From Amoeboradix gromovi X-113 (Eukaryota > Fungi > Sanchytriomycota), in contig JADGIF010000559.1 of assembly GCA_018985225.1 (NCBI GenBank), forward strand, positions 1 to 6,642: a DNA stretch of 6,642 nt, read 5' to 3'. Below are positions 6,393 to 6,642 of the stretch, piece by piece (the stretch's first letter is position 1; every line of letters starts with the position of its first letter). The position numbers and the translations under genes are program-made. The notes beneath the pieces were generated by a model. That model did no database searches. It was not told where the DNA came from and saw only the letters and a program-made list of their open reading frames with translations.

Positions 6393-6642
6393 ACTAATAA
6401 GCAGAGTTGTGTTTTGGGCACTTTAGCGAGTTACTAAAATATTAGTGTCTGCCTCAGAACTAGAAATAATAAGAATAAATTTATTATGCTTGTCTGTGTC
6501 CAAAGGTCTTGTTTGCATTGCAATTACAAAATCCATGATAAAGGCAGAGATTTATTTTTGGTCTGCACATCTGCATATGTACCCTCGAATGAGATCGCAT
6601 TCCAAACGCAAACATTTAGTCACCTATCGTCTAGCTTAATGC

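Noticed and set aside
6445-6639. 64-aa plus-strand ORF and short minus-strand frames at the window end
   Set aside because: GTG start in a eukaryote and no recognisable homology; the minus frames are interrupted by stops. A fragment of a neighbouring gene cannot be excluded.
1-6642. Prokaryotic or viral systems, CRISPR arrays, tRNA/rRNA, intact transposons
   Set aside because: The four identified genes are eukaryotic housekeeping types. No repeat-spacer array, cloverleaf, rRNA motif, transposase or terminal repeats were seen.

Overview
AT-rich, very gene-dense eukaryotic DNA. The Nrd1/Seb1 and Gem1 sequence types suggest a fungus or close relative (inference). Five protein genes: a small two-zinc-finger protein (+), Nrd1/Seb1 CID-RRM termination factor (+), RanBP1/Yrb1 (+), mitochondrial Rho GTPase Miro/Gem1 (-) and a divergent mitochondrial processing peptidase alpha subunit (-). 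Spacers between the four housekeeping genes are only 18-47 nt. The ORF track misses three things. (1) Two candidate 19-nt spliceosomal introns of identical layout (GTA-N7-CTAAY-NN-AG) lie near the 3' ends of NRD1 and GEM1. (2) The Miro C-terminal tail anchor is present but out of frame: after removing the 19-nt intron the frame ends at TTT-TAA and the anchor continues in the +1 frame. This is either a programmed frameshift, a different splice, or a one-base assembly error. (3) AATAAA sits on or beside the stop codon of all four housekeeping genes. Protein calls come from motif recognition only; no searches were run.
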